Positions 27,076 through 40,523 of a stretch of DNA of 64,000 nucleotides are shown piece by piece. Location: NCBI GenBank assembly GCA_951406725.2, contig OX597827.1, forward strand, positions 41,912,001 to 41,976,000. The letters are read 5' to 3'. The notes under the pieces were generated by a model. That model ran no database searches. It was not told the DNA's origin and worked only from the letters and a program-made list of their open reading frames with translations. The stretch comes from Octopus vulgaris. Taxonomy: Eukaryota. Within the stretch, counting starts at the first letter, position 1. Every line of letters begins with the position of its first letter. Made by a program: the position numbers and the translations under genes.

Positions 27076-27352
27076 TTTTTCTTCTTCTTCTTCTTCTTCT
27101 TCTTCTTCTTCTTCTTCTTCTTCTTCTTCTTCTTCTTCTTCTTCTTCTTCTGTCTTCTTCTTCTTCTTTGTCTTCTTCTTCTTCCTTGTCTTCTTCTTCT
27201 TCTTCTTCTTCTTCTTCTTCTTCTTCTTCTTCTTCTCCTCCTCCTCCTTCTTCTTCTTCTTCTCTTCTTCGTCTTCTTTTTCTTCTTCTTCTTCTTCTTC
27301 TTCTTCTTCTCCTCCTCCTCCTCCTCCTTCTTCTTCTTCTTCTTCTTCTCCT
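27076..27352. repeat. (CTT)n/(CCT)n polypyrimidine microsatellite
   Basis: Directly visible. Confidence 0.95.
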
Positions 27353-27357
27353 CATCA

Positions 27358-27575
27358 ACGCGGCGATCAGGCGGAACCGTTAGCAAGCTGGACGATAATG
27401 CTTAGCAGCATTTCGCCCGTCGCTACGTTCTGACTCCGAATTCCATCGAGGTCGATTTTTGCCTTTCAACCTTTCGAGGTCGATAAATTAAGTACCATTT
27501 AAACACCTGAGGTCCATGTAATCGATCATCCCCCTACCCAAAATTTCAGGCCTTGTTCCTATAGTAGAAAAGATT
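27358..27575 (+). mobile_element. SINE family B
   Basis: gcggcgatcaggcggaaccgttagc..gcctttcaacctttcgaggtcgataaattaagtacc. Confidence 0.8.
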
Positions 27576-28022
27576 ATTGTTATTGTTATTATCCTTGTTA
27601 TTATCACCATTGTTACTATGTTGCTTTTGATCGTTTCGTTTCGAACGTGATTGGGTGATCGTTTACGTCGTATTTGATAACTTTATTTGGGTAACTTTTT
27701 AATAATTCAATAAATCTCAACCTAGTTTATGTTGTCTTTAAGTTTGTCATATATTTCCTAACGTGTTTATGCGTTTATGTCTAACGGGCTAGGGAGATTC
27801 GTAGGCTATTTCCATATCCACATCGAATTTCTATCGGCTTTGTTAATTCAATCTCATTTTCTGCTATGATTTTTTTTTTCTAACCATTCCAACCAACAAG
27901 TCTGCAGGCTGTTGAATAAAACTTCAGTAGAAGCCTAATGCGATTTACTCATTTATATGCAAACATAAAAGTTGTAAACTCTATAACACTAACTGTTACA
28001 GTGGACATTATTAAAGCAAAAA

Positions 28023-28068
<46 letters not shown>

Positions 28069-28136
28069 TACATATATATATATATACATGTATATATATG
28101 TATGTATATCAATATGCATGTATATATATATATCTA

Positions 28137-28245
<109 letters not shown>

Positions 28246-28249
28246 GTCT

Positions 28250-28310
<61 letters not shown>

Positions 28311-28496
28311 AAAGTAAATAAATGGTACAACGAAGTACCGATATTTACTGGAAATAGCGAACGTAATAAATACGACGCTAATGTATAGCTTCACTGCGTA
28401 TGTACTAGTAAAGATGCGTGTGTGCAACAAAAATGAAAAAAAATGTCTTACCTCTAGGAAGAACATCTGAAAAATGAAAAACCTAGATAACGGATA

Positions 28497-28569
28497 ATGC
28501 AGTACCGGTTTCAGATTTTTCAAAATACGAATGCCAATCGTATAATTGATTTATCCTCATCAGCTGCAT
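28497..28569 (-). ncRNA. Minimal type-I hammerhead ribozyme with canonical core
   Basis: Minus strand ATGCAG-CTGATGA-GGAT..TACGA..TCGTA..ATCT-GAAA-CCGG-TA-CTGCAT: 6-bp stem I, intact CUGAUGA/GAAA core, palindromic stem III (ACCGGU), GUA cleavage triplet. Confidence 0.85.
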
Positions 28570-28723
28570 AAACCTCAACAATATTTCAAATGTTGCCACA
28601 TCTATACCAGTACACTCGTTTGAACGCCAAAACGTTAAAAATGGTAAGACAACAAAAGAATGAAAGAGACGTCGATATTATGTAAATAGAGGAATTTATC
28701 TGTGACAATTATTCGGCAGCTAT

Positions 28724-28784
28724 GATAAAACTCCAAGTTTCGAATGCCGAGGTGAAAATACACGCCGCCATCTCTTCAGTTTTC
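28724..28784 (-). ncRNA. Hammerhead ribozyme motif (second family)
   Basis: Minus strand GAAAA-CTGAAGA-GATGGCGGCGTG..CACCTCGGCATTC-GAAA-CTTGGAG-TT-TTATC; core intact, imperfect stems. Confidence 0.6.
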
Positions 28785-29071
28785 TGGCCATCGGAAAAAT
28801 CTATCTATCTATATATATACTTAATCATATCAAAGGGAGATGGAAATTAATTAAAATTTTCATTTCCAGTGGCCTAACATGTAAAAAATTTAGTCCAAAG
28901 ACTATGTATTAGTCATAAAATACAGTGTACATTTAAACACATTGAGGAATCCACTCGTGGGATTCAACGCACTAGAAAGGACAGCTAGGTTCTATAACCA
29001 CAAAATTAGGATAAAATTCGACAGGAACGAAATTTTACCATCTAGTTTCCTGGACGAATTGGTTTCTGATT

Positions 29072-29157
<86 letters not shown>

Positions 29158-29175
29158 GCGCACATACATATATAC

Positions 29176-29244
<69 letters not shown>

Positions 29245-29647
29245 GATATTTTCATAGCACACACATATATATGTAAACTAGAAATACTCTAATCAGGTTC
29301 GGGGTACATCTTCATTTATTCAGTGATGTGCTTAACTATTATTTGGAAACTATTCAGGGCTATGACGAATGTCTCCACGGAATAAATATAAACAACGCGA
29401 ACAATGAATTTTAAATATGCTCGTATAAAGGAAAAACATGCACACGTATCTCATTGTTAACTTCTGTGTAAACTCTGAAGACTCGAGGGTGAACCACATT
29501 TACTGTTTCTCGGACCAGTCGGTTGACATGAATTAATTGAAGGCCCAAGAGGTGAATAAACGGTGATAGTCCAGTAGATATTAGTTTTGGGCAGTGGCAA
29601 AGAGATCCACAGGTGTTTGTTTTGATGGAATATGTATGCTTAGTTAA

Positions 29648-29845
29648 GGCTGCGAGTTGGCAGAAACGTTAGCGAGCCGGGCGAAATGCTTAGCTGTATT
29701 TCGCCTGCTGTTACGTTCTGAGTTCAAATTCCGTCGAGGTCGATTTTACCTTTCATCCTTTCGGTATCGATTAGATAAATACCAGTTACGCACTGGGATC
29801 GATATAATCGACTTAATTCTTTTTTTCTGTCCTTGTTTGTCCCCA
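29648..29845 (+). mobile_element. SINE family B
   Basis: ggctgcgagttggcagaaacgttagc..ttacgttctgagttcaaattcc. Confidence 0.85.
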
Positions 29846-29958
29846 GCATGACCTTAGTCGAATGACTGTCCAATTGAAAATAAAAGAAAAAGCATAGAAG
29901 ATATACATACATAATTCGATTTTTGCCATTTTATCGTACTGTGCTCCTGTATGTATGT

Positions 29959-30011
<53 letters not shown>

Positions 30012-30209
30012 AATACATATGTATGTATGTATGTATATTTAAAATAACAATAATTGAATAAACACGGCGGTGGAAGTGAGAGTGAGTGTGGTTGGTAGAT
30101 AACAACAAATCAACGTGTTTATGTAGATATTCTACCTTAAAGGCGTTGTTTCCATGTCAAAATATCATTTTTAAGGAGATGAAGATCACAGAACTTACGT
30201 GTTTGACTT

Positions 30210-30253
<44 letters not shown>

Positions 30254-30653
30254 GCTCATAAACAACTACTCATATATATACACTCATAAACACAACCAAA
30301 CATACACACACACATAGACATGCACAAACAAGCAAACTTGTTTGATATATGTATGTGCGTAAGTAGCCGCATGCATCTACATATATACACACACATATAT
30401 ACATGCTCTTACGCATGTATGCAGAAGACATCCAAATATACATAAACATACATTTGCGCATGTATATCAGTATTCATGCAAGGAAACACACGCGTGTATA
30501 AGCAACACATTTAACCATTTACATCCCGCCCCACAGACACACATACATACACACATGTACGTGGACACACATAAACACGCACGTGCAGATATATGCAGAA
30601 ATACGCTCGCGCACACACACATATACACGGAGAACGCTTACGTGCACACAATC

Positions 30654-30751
<98 letters not shown>

Positions 30752-31700
30752 ATTAAAGATAACCTACACCGAGGGAGAAAAATGCATGTAGGAAAACAAA
30801 AAAATATCTTTAAAAATTTCTGAATCAAAACGAAAATGGTTTAAAAAATACATGTTAGGGCAGATAAATGAAAAGAAAGAGAAAAAAATGATTGACACAA
30901 GTATGAGTAAGAGGAATGAAGGGGAGATTTTAAAAGAGAAAAAATAGGGTTAGAAAAAGTCTCTGAAAACACGAGAGAATAAAAGGGAAAGCGAGTATTT
31001 GAAATATGTAGGACAACGAAAACGAGCAATAGGGTGAAGTGACGAGAGAGAGATATAAAGCTGGAGAAAGAAACTTATATATTGAAGTATGGTTGTAGAG
31101 AGTTATAAAATGAAGGAACGCTGCTGAGAGGGTGGATGGTTTTAATAGAAGAATAAGACTGTAGAACGAGCGGGGATTGCTCTGTGGTGAAAGCGTTTAT
31201 GATATGTCAGAATGTTTAGGTGGTTTGCGAGAGATAATAGAAGTATGGAAGGGAATGGAAACAAAATACTGGGTTGGATGAGTTAGGGATGGTGGAAATA
31301 AAAGGAAAGCGATAAAAAAAGAAAAGCGAAATGAAAACAAGAAGCAAAGTAATGAAAGCAAGTTGAGAAAAATTTGAAGGAGGATATTGACATCCATGTA
31401 ATATGATGTGATGCCGGATAAAGCATCGTTAGGGATGATGATGTATCATGTAAAATGTATAAATAACAAATGTTTATTTATTATTATATGCATTTGCATA
31501 TATATATATGCTCTTACATACATATGGCCAAACGCACATGCGTACATGCATGAAAGCATACGTACGTGTATGTGTCGTTATGCACATACGCATACGACAT
31601 ATTAGCTGATGCGACCTGTGATTCAAATATACATGGAAGCCATATACTTACCTACAAACATACATATATATAAATATATATACATATATACATATACATA

Positions 31701-31741
<41 letters not shown>

Positions 31742-31826
31742 GCACACATAAATGCAAACATTATTCTGCACATCAAAGATACTAAGTATTGAGATATATA
31801 TAATATACAAATATACACATACCGTT

Positions 31827-31901
<75 letters not shown>

Positions 31902-31934
31902 GTGTGTGTACAGAGAGAGAGAGAGAGAAAGAGA

Positions 31935-31978
<44 letters not shown>

Positions 31979-33238
31979 CTACGGCCCCGTTCAAATAATT
32001 GTCATACTCCTGTCGGATGGATTAAACAACGCAACAAATATAAATATAATCACATTTAATGCATCGCGCCTCTTTCTATGAGCTCTTTATTGAGAATCAA
32101 TAGATCGCTTTTTAAGTATGTTTGAAAAATATTGTTACACCTTCCAGCGTTGGTCTATATAACAAAGGGCAACATTCCCAAGGATTAATGATGAAATTTT
32201 TAAGTACGGTTTATATTAATAGATTGGTTTTCTTTGTTGATTTGTGACTGTCCTGTGGTTGAATATTGGAAACATTTTAAGCTTATGTAGGTTCATTTCT
32301 ACAGACAATGCAATATGTCTTCTTAAAGGAATTTTCTTGTATTTTCATAATTGATTTGCTGTCGATGAGCCGTCATTCGTTTACGTACTGATAGTTCAGT
32401 TTGCCTTAAAATAAACAGTTCAATATAGTGTTTCACATAATAAAGACAGAAGAGAACGAGAGTTTAAAACATAGCAGAAACAAATAATTTTTAGCCATAT
32501 GGTACTTCCGGCCTTCACAGTTTTTCTCAATTCTTGTCCAATTCCTTGAAATTGTTTTTAAAAATAGAAAACGTCCACGAAGTTAAAGAGAAACAGATAC
32601 AATTGGAGGCAGGACACGCCTCCAAACAGAAGTTCTCACAATTAAGTGAGAAAAACAAACTGCTCTACCGCAGGCAGACCAAAAGCCCAGAATCCAGTGA
32701 GGACTCCTTGCTTGTACAAAAAATAAATCTCACAAACAACGGACCCCACTGGACCCAAAAATCAAAAAGTCTTACCTTACAGTAGAACCCCTTTCAATTA
32801 AAAGTTTCGTCCGCTGCACACCAGCGTGACGACTTCTACAGGTGAGTGAAGATCACTAAACGACCGGAACAGGAAGCGAGCATCTTACCACACAGTCATG
32901 CCTACATGATGCAATTTTGTCTTGCACACACACACATGCACACACACACACATACATGCTCACATACTCATACATATAACTGCAGTTATTCATTGTCGTA
33001 TTCCCTGAATAAAGTTGAAAAATGCTAATAAGACCAAAACAAAAATGAGTAAACAAACCAAAAATTGATCTGAACTTTAGGAACTCTACACCAATTGACC
33101 GCAGTCGTGGTCAATTTTGTAGAATCTTCTGCGATTTCTGATTCTTCAGAACAGTTTTGAGTCGTTTTCGTTTTCTTTTTTTTTTGTTTGTTTTTCTTGT
33201 TGCTGCTGCAGTTATTTTACTTCAGGTCAGTTTACATC

Positions 33239-34708
33239 ATGCAGACCTGCAACGGGAGATACTTGCATCGAAGCCTTGACGATGGTATGTTATAAATCGG
33301 TACAGTTTACCTAGGTCTGTCTTATTCAATGTTGTCATAAAGAGGAATCATAGTCATCGTCGTCATCAGCACCACCACCACCACCACCACCACCACTACC
33401 ACTACCACCACCACTACCATGTTTATCAGCGACATCGTCATCCTCATCACTTTATTCATTTTCATAATTATTCCCACCATTATCATCATCATCAACACCG
33501 TCACCTATACAAATCACCACAACACTATCATCAACGTCATCGTCATGATCAGGATCATGATCATCATCATCATCAACAACAACAACAACATTAGAAGCAG
33601 CAGCAGAAGCAGAACAAGAGCAAGGAAAATTAGTAGCTGCATCACTTGTCTCACTAACACCACCACCACCACCACCACCACCACCACCACCACCACCACC
33701 ACCACCACCACCACCACCACCACCACTACCACCACCGCAACCACCGCCACCACCACCGCCACCACCACCGCCACCACCAACACTGCTGCCACTACCACCA
33801 TCAACGACAACAACATCAACTTTGTGCTAATCCTATTCAATACCATTCAATAGAAGAAAAAAACCCAAAAACAACAACACCAACAACAACAACGATAAAG
33901 ATTTAAAAAAAAAAGCAGCAGACCTAAAACGTATGTCACGCACCTGTTTGTACTTCATTGTCCAATCGTATGCAATCGATGAATAATCACGTGATATTTC
34001 ATTTCACGAAGGGACTTGTTGCACCCAGTCGCAATCCGCCATCGAAACCACCGTCGAAACCATCAATACCATCACTACAAACGCCGGCGTCATCGCCGCC
34101 GCCACTACCACCGCAACCACTGCAACCACCGCCACTACCACTACCATCCCATCACCACCACCACCACCACCACCACCAAGACAAGCACAATAGCAACATC
34201 CTCCACTAAGACCACTACCGTCACGACATCCACCGCAGCCACTACATCCGCCACTGCCGCCACTACCACCACTACCACCGCAACCACCGCCACTACCACC
34301 ACCACCACCATCACTACTGCCGCCTCCATATCCACCACCACCACATCCATAGCACCCCACCATCACCACTATCACCATTACTACCAAGATCACCAGCACG
34401 ACCACCATAACCTGTATCATCACCACCACCACCACCACCACCACCACCATCCCGACTATAACACCCCTACCAACACCACCAACACCACCATCACTACGAC
34501 AATCACTACCGTCACCACCACCACCATCGCTGCCACCTGACCATCCCTGCCATCGTCGCTGCTACTCTTGTTCCTGTCTTATGTTAAAAGGAAGCACGAC
34601 AACGTTTGTAATAAACTGAGATTAGAAGGTCTTGATCTTGTAGGATAATCACGTGATGTGTCACAATGAAAGACATCATCAACTGTCATTGCTCCTCCCT
34701 CGTTCCCC

Positions 34709-34745
<37 letters not shown>

Positions 34746-35688
34746 CTTGCCTTTGTCTGTCTGTCAGTTTGTCTCTCTTTTGCTATTGTTTTATTAGGTG
34801 TATTGTAACTAATTTTTTATTCTCAAATTTTGTTTTCTTTTTAATGGAAAGTTGACAACGATATGAACGGCAACGGCTGCGGCAGCAACAGCAGTGGAGG
34901 CGCAATGGCCCAGTGGTTAGGGCAGCGGTATCGCGGTCGGAGGATCGCGGTTTCGATTCCCAGACTGGGCGTTGTGTGTGTATATTGAGCGAAAACACCT
35001 AAAGCTCCACGAGGCTCTGTCAGGGGGTGCGGGGTGGCGACCCCTGCTGTACTCTTTCGCTCCAACTTTCTCTCACACTTTCTTCCTGTTTCTTATCCCC
35101 GACTTCCTACGCAACCGCTGAGCCTGGTTGACCTGCTTTCTCTTCTGCGGGTCTTACGAATAGCAAAGGACCACGTTTCGGACTTCTCCCACTCTGGGAC
35201 GAAGACTGCTTCGCTCAACAGCAACAGCAGCAGCAGCGGCAGCAACATCAAGACTAACAACAACGCTATCAAAATGACAGCAACGTCAACGATAGCAAGG
35301 AAAGCAACAGTTACAACAAAAAAACAACGATAACATCATCATCATCAACAGCAACAATGACAGCAACATCAGTGAAAGAAACATCATCATCATCATTAAA
35401 AGCAACAATGGCAACAACGTTAGTAAAGACAACATACTCTTTTACTTGTTTCAGGCATTTGACTGCGGCCATGCTGGAGCACCGTCTTTAGTCGAGCAAA
35501 TCTGCCCCCAGGACTTATACTTTGTAAGCCTAGTACTTATTCTATCGGTCTCTTTTGCCGAACCGCTAAGTTACGGGGACGTAAACACACCAGCATCGGT
35601 TGTCAAGCGATATTGGTGGGACAAATGCAGACACACAAACATACACACACACATACACACACACACACACACATACACACACACACAG

Positions 35689-35758
<70 letters not shown>

Positions 35759-38700
35759 GACGGTCTTCTTTCAGTTTCTGTCTACCAGATCCACTCACAA
35801 GGCTTTGGTCGACCCGCCTCTATAGAAGAAGACACCCAAGTTGCAACACTGTGGGAATGAACCCGGAACCATGTGGTTGGTAAGCAAGCTACTTACCACA
35901 CAGTCACTCCTGCGCCCATCGCCATCACCATCACCTTTGCAATCTTCCTACACAAGCCTGACATTCTTACGTCTAATAATAGCGATTCTGTGGCATTTTG
36001 TACAGACCATGCTATGTTGTTTTCTTCTGCTCTAATGCTGCGTTCGCATCCAATAAATCCCCTTCCTCTTTTCTTGGTACATGCAGTCTGTCTGTGTCAC
36101 TTTTTGGGTGGAGTGTCCCATATCTAGTTAGCAACTTCCTTGTCTAAGCTGTTTAGTTCGTCTACTGTCCATGAGATTACCCCTGCTCCATATTTAAGGA
36201 GTGAAACCGCCTAGGTGTTGATTGCTTCAATCTTATTCCATTCGTTTAATTTCAAATTAAGAATCAGTCTCAGTCTGCGCAAGTACTCCACCTTAAACTT
36301 TTCTGTCATTTCTTTCTCCATCAATTTATTCATTTCCAAGATACTCAAGTACTTATAGCCCGTCTCTTCTATCTGCTTCATAACCTTCCCCGACGGTACC
36401 GTTAGCCCGTCCATACATTTGGTTTTGCCTCTCTTCAAGACTAACACACCACACTTTCTGAGTCCGAACTCCATTCTGATATCAGTACTGAAAGTATACA
36501 CCGTCTCAACGAAGGAACTGACTTGGGCTTCATCTTTACCATAAAGTTTGAGGTCATCCATGAATAACAAATGGTTGACTTTTTGTTGGCGGCCTTTGAA
36601 GACATACCCAGCCTTTGCTTTCCTCAGAATCAGTATTAGTGGTATCAAGCACAGTACAAAGATCAGTGGGGACAGGCAGTCTCCTTGGAAGATGCCCCTC
36701 CTAATTTCTGCTGTCCCTAAACTTCTTCCGTATGCTGTCAGGTCCGCCCTCCAATTGGCTATACTTTTTCCAAGCAATCGCTCATCATTCGATGCAATAC
36801 CAAATAGGTTCATACATTCTATTATCCAAGAGTGTGGGATCATATCGTACGCCTTACGATAGTCGAACCATGGCATGGCTAAGTTACTTTTCCTCCTCTT
36901 GCAGTCTCTGAGTACAGTTTTGTGTATCAGGAGTTGATACTTGGTTCCTCTGCACTTACGCTTGCAACACTTCTGCTCATATAGCAGGACTCCATTTTTT
37001 CCCAAATGTTCGTTCATTGACTCTGCGAGTAAGCCAGTCAATAATTTCCACATAAGTGCCAAACAGGATATTATTATTATTATTATTATTATGGCCGTGA
37101 GCCTGGCAAGCGAAGCTTGACCTCGCTCTATGAATTTTATAAAGAAAAATCACATAATAGTGTATTTTCACCCTTTAAGTTTATAACATCGTGGTCAACA
37201 AGTTATTTGCTGTTGAGTGGTGAGTTTATTTTCCTATTTCGCCCTACTAGCTTTGGGGGACAGGTTAATTGTTTCTGTTTTTTAAAATCAAAATTGTTTG
37301 CCTTTTCCCCACCAACATGGAGAAAACAGAAAACACGGTGACGCTCATATGTGAGAGAGGGGGATAAATTGAGAAGCGTTACCAAGCGCCAATGAGAGAG
37401 GCTGCATGCGTGCGAGGCGACTTCGGTCTGAAAGACAAAGCAGACGATAGTCGTGTTTTTTCTCAAGGAAACGAACTAGAGGGACAACGGAGCCAATGTT
37501 TTCAATGAAGATCACTCAGAGGATCATTTGAAAAGCAAAGGCTCTGTCTTTAGCAATATTTTTCGAGGGGAAAACATTAGCTTCGAGAGTGTAAGCGGTG
37601 AAGGCCCTTCCGTGAGCGAGGCAGCAGATGACTTGGCTGCAAATAACAGCAACAGCAGCAGCAGCAACAACAACAACATTATCATCAACAACCACAACAA
37701 CAACAATAACAAAGGTGACAGCAGGAACAACAAAGCCAACTACGGCAACAAAAGCAACAACAACGACAAAGACAATGAAAGAGCTAAGACGCAAACCGCT
37801 ACAACGGCTTGGAAAAGCCTTTCAAAGCTTTCTTTCGTTGGAGTAGCTAAATCATCTCTCCAGAAAATACAATTCTCAGAAGAAACACTGAAATATGCTA
37901 GATAGCTGGTCGAGAAAGATGGACTTGCTGTAGAGTTGAATATCCCACCCGAAACAATTCAAGCTACGATACGTCGCACAGTGACGTACCCTACAATCGG
38001 GTTAAAATCAAGGAATGTGGAAAGAGCCACAGATACTCAAATACAAGTTTTAGGTTCGTTTGGAATCTAAAGAAATATATACAGAGAGGAAAGGCCTATC
38101 GAATGATGGACGTTCGATTCCACACCGAAGAAACCAATATCAATAACATGAATGAAAATTGTCAAGCAGCAGCGCAACAGAAACAATCGCCCTCAAGTAA
38201 AGTGTACCTTGCCCGCATCCAGTACGTCCATTACTTGAATCTTCGAACTATGATCATGCTAGTGAGAGAACCTCGTCGTAGTCGTTCAGAGCTAATAGAC
38301 ATAGCGGACAAATTTCAGTCAAATCAGATATGATTTTTTAAAACAGTTTGTTTAAAAAATGGGTTAACCAAAGTTGAGATTTCTCTCTTCGTGTGTTTGC
38401 ACGACAGGTACTTATTTTAATGTTCCCGAAAGGATGAAAGGCAAAGTCGACCTCGAAGGAATTTGAACCGAGAATGCAAAGACGGACGAAGTGCCGCTAA
38501 GCATTTTGCTGGTGGTGCGCTGAGCGGAATGCTTTGCGGCATTTCGCCTGTCTTTATGTTCTGAGCTCAAATTCCGCCGAGGTCATCCTTCCAGGCTCGA
38601 TAAAATAAGTACTAGTGAAGCATTGGGGTCGATGTAATCGACTTACCCCCTTCCCCTGAAACTGGGAACCTAGTGCCAAAATTTGAAATTAATATTAAAA

Positions 38701-38941
38701 CCCCAACTGCACTATGCCCTTAATATAGACGAAGCAGTCGAGCACTCATTTGACCTCTTTCTCATGCTCCTATACAATATTTATCTTAACAATGTTTCTT
38801 TTTCCTCAACCTGTAGCACGACCTACTATTTCAACAACCCAGGGCCTCTACCCCACCGATTTTTCTGTCTTCTCGAAACACAGAAACTTTGCAAACAAAG
38901 GCTTCAAACTGGCTACTGTATACGCTAATCCCTCCACGTGA
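33239..38941 (+). CDS. Tentative spliced small ORF (coding parts 33239-33284 and 38817-38941; 56 aa, unrecognised)
   Basis: Donor GATG|gtatgt at 33284 (phase 1); acceptor cttaac..tttctttttcctcaacctgtag| at 38816; upstream donor CAG|gtgagt at 32841; joined frame is open to TGA at 38939-38941. Confidence 0.25.
33350..34560. repeat. (CAC/CAT/CCG)n compound low-complexity tracts
   Basis: Directly visible. Confidence 0.85.
34895..35190 (+). mobile_element. tRNA-derived SINE family C
   Basis: GGAGGCGCAATGGCCCAGTGGTTAGGGCAGCGG..GGTTTCGATTCCC (A/B boxes); second copy at 62808. Confidence 0.85.
35435..35915 (-). mobile_element. SINE family A (full length)
   Basis: Matches 3647-4058. Confidence 0.9.
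35935..37068 (-). mobile_element. R4/Dong-type reverse transcriptase fragment (ORF 36211-37062)
   Basis: [64 protein letters not shown]; the 5' truncation abuts (TAA)n at 37069-37091. Confidence 0.92.
38405..38690. mobile_element. Two SINE family B pieces arranged head-to-head (minus 38405-38512, plus 38520-38690)
   Basis: ggatgaaaggcaaagtcgacctcg followed by gttctgagctcaaattccgccgaggtc. Confidence 0.75.
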
Positions 38942-39841
38942 CAATATAGGCATACATACACATGTTGACCAAGAAACGCGCGCGCAAACAAACAACATGC
39001 CATCACTTCTATTGTCTAGCATTCTTGTTGCGCATGATATAAATTCCTTCCAGTCAACAAGATACGTCCCCGCTCACCTCATTTTCTACTACCACTTTTA
39101 CTTCCGGTCTCCATTGTTACCTCTGTTTCCGGATGCATTTTTTTAAATGCAAACAAACGCTGAGATCTTTGTCTTCTTCTTTTTCTCAATCAGTCGCCGG
39201 AATACTAGGCATTTTCCTTTCCTCGTGTAAACTACATTTATTTCAACTACCATACGTCTTACACATATACGCACGCACGCACGCATGCGCAATCACATGC
39301 ACACATTTATGGATGTACATATGAGTGTGTGTATGTATGCATTCACATATTTATACATGTGCGTGCGTGTATGCATGTATATATAGTTATCTGTATGTAT
39401 GGATGTATGTACGTATATGTGTGTGTATGCATGTATACATATGTATGCATATATACTATAACTAATGCAAATATATTAAAATACGCTTTAATATAGTCAT
39501 ACATATCCATACAACACACACTTACACACACTTTCCTGTGCAGTATGACGTCACTAAAAACAATAAACAAGCGAACAGTGGTGAGGATGTCCATGGGACA
39601 AATATTAAAAATATTTCACACGAACCAACAGAAAAAAAAAACATTGGTGTAACTAACGTCCCAATGAGATCTTCTGATAGAGAGCAAACACAACAGGCTT
39701 GACATAGTTCTTTCAGGCTCCCCCAAAAAAGAAAAGAAAATATTATGCCTAAAATTGTATAAATGTTTACTGCTGCCCAACGAGTATTAACTAACATTTC
39801 GTTCGAGCTTAGGACAAAGAGAATCCTGCTAGATCTTTGCC

Positions 39842-40224
39842 TGATTGGCTGTGTGGTAAGTAGATTGCTTACCAATCACATGGTTCCGGGTTCAGTCCCA
39901 TTGCGTGGCACCTCGGGTAAGTGTCTTCTACTATAGCCTCGGGCCGACCAAAGCCTTGTGAGTGAATTTGGTAGACGGAAACTGAAAGAAGCCCGTCGTA
40001 TATATATATGTATATGTTTGTGCGTCTGTGTTTGTCCCCAACATCGCTTGACAACTGATGTTGGTGTGTTTACATCTCCGTAACTTAGCGGTTCGGCAAA
40101 AGAGACCGATAGAATAAGTACTAGGCTTACAAAGAATAAGTCCTGTGGTCGATTTGCTCGACTAAAGGCGGTGCTCTAGCATGGCCACAGTCACATGACT
40201 GAAACAAGTAAAAGAGTAAAAGAG
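39842..40224 (+). mobile_element. SINE family A
   Basis: tggctgtgtggtaagtag..gaaacaagtaaaagagtaaaagag. Confidence 0.9.
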
Positions 40225-40339
40225 TATGTTATATATTTACATTTGCTTCCATAACCGCTGGCATATTTGATTGAAAGCGGTGGTTTTTGAAGTAAACTGA
40301 GCGTTTGAAATTCAGTTACAAGGTGAACTATTTTGAGAA

Positions 40340-40523
40340 AGGCGCTCAGTCGATTACATCGACCCCAGTGCTCAGGTAGGTACTTATTTCATCGACCGAA
40401 AAAAAAACAAAATGAAAGACAAAGACGATTGCAGCGGAATTTAAACTGAGAACATAAAGACGGACGAAAATGTCGCTAAGCATCTTTATCCGGCGCGCTT
40501 ACGACTTTGCCGGCTCACCGCCC
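40340..40523 (-). mobile_element. SINE family B
   Basis: cagtcgattacatcgaccccagtg..gctaagcat..ccggcgcgc..gctcaccgcc. Confidence 0.75.

Noticed and set aside
34895-34970. Functional tRNA gene (also 61055-61130)
   Set aside because: The tRNA-like head continues into a repeated SINE body; no complete acceptor stem or terminator seen
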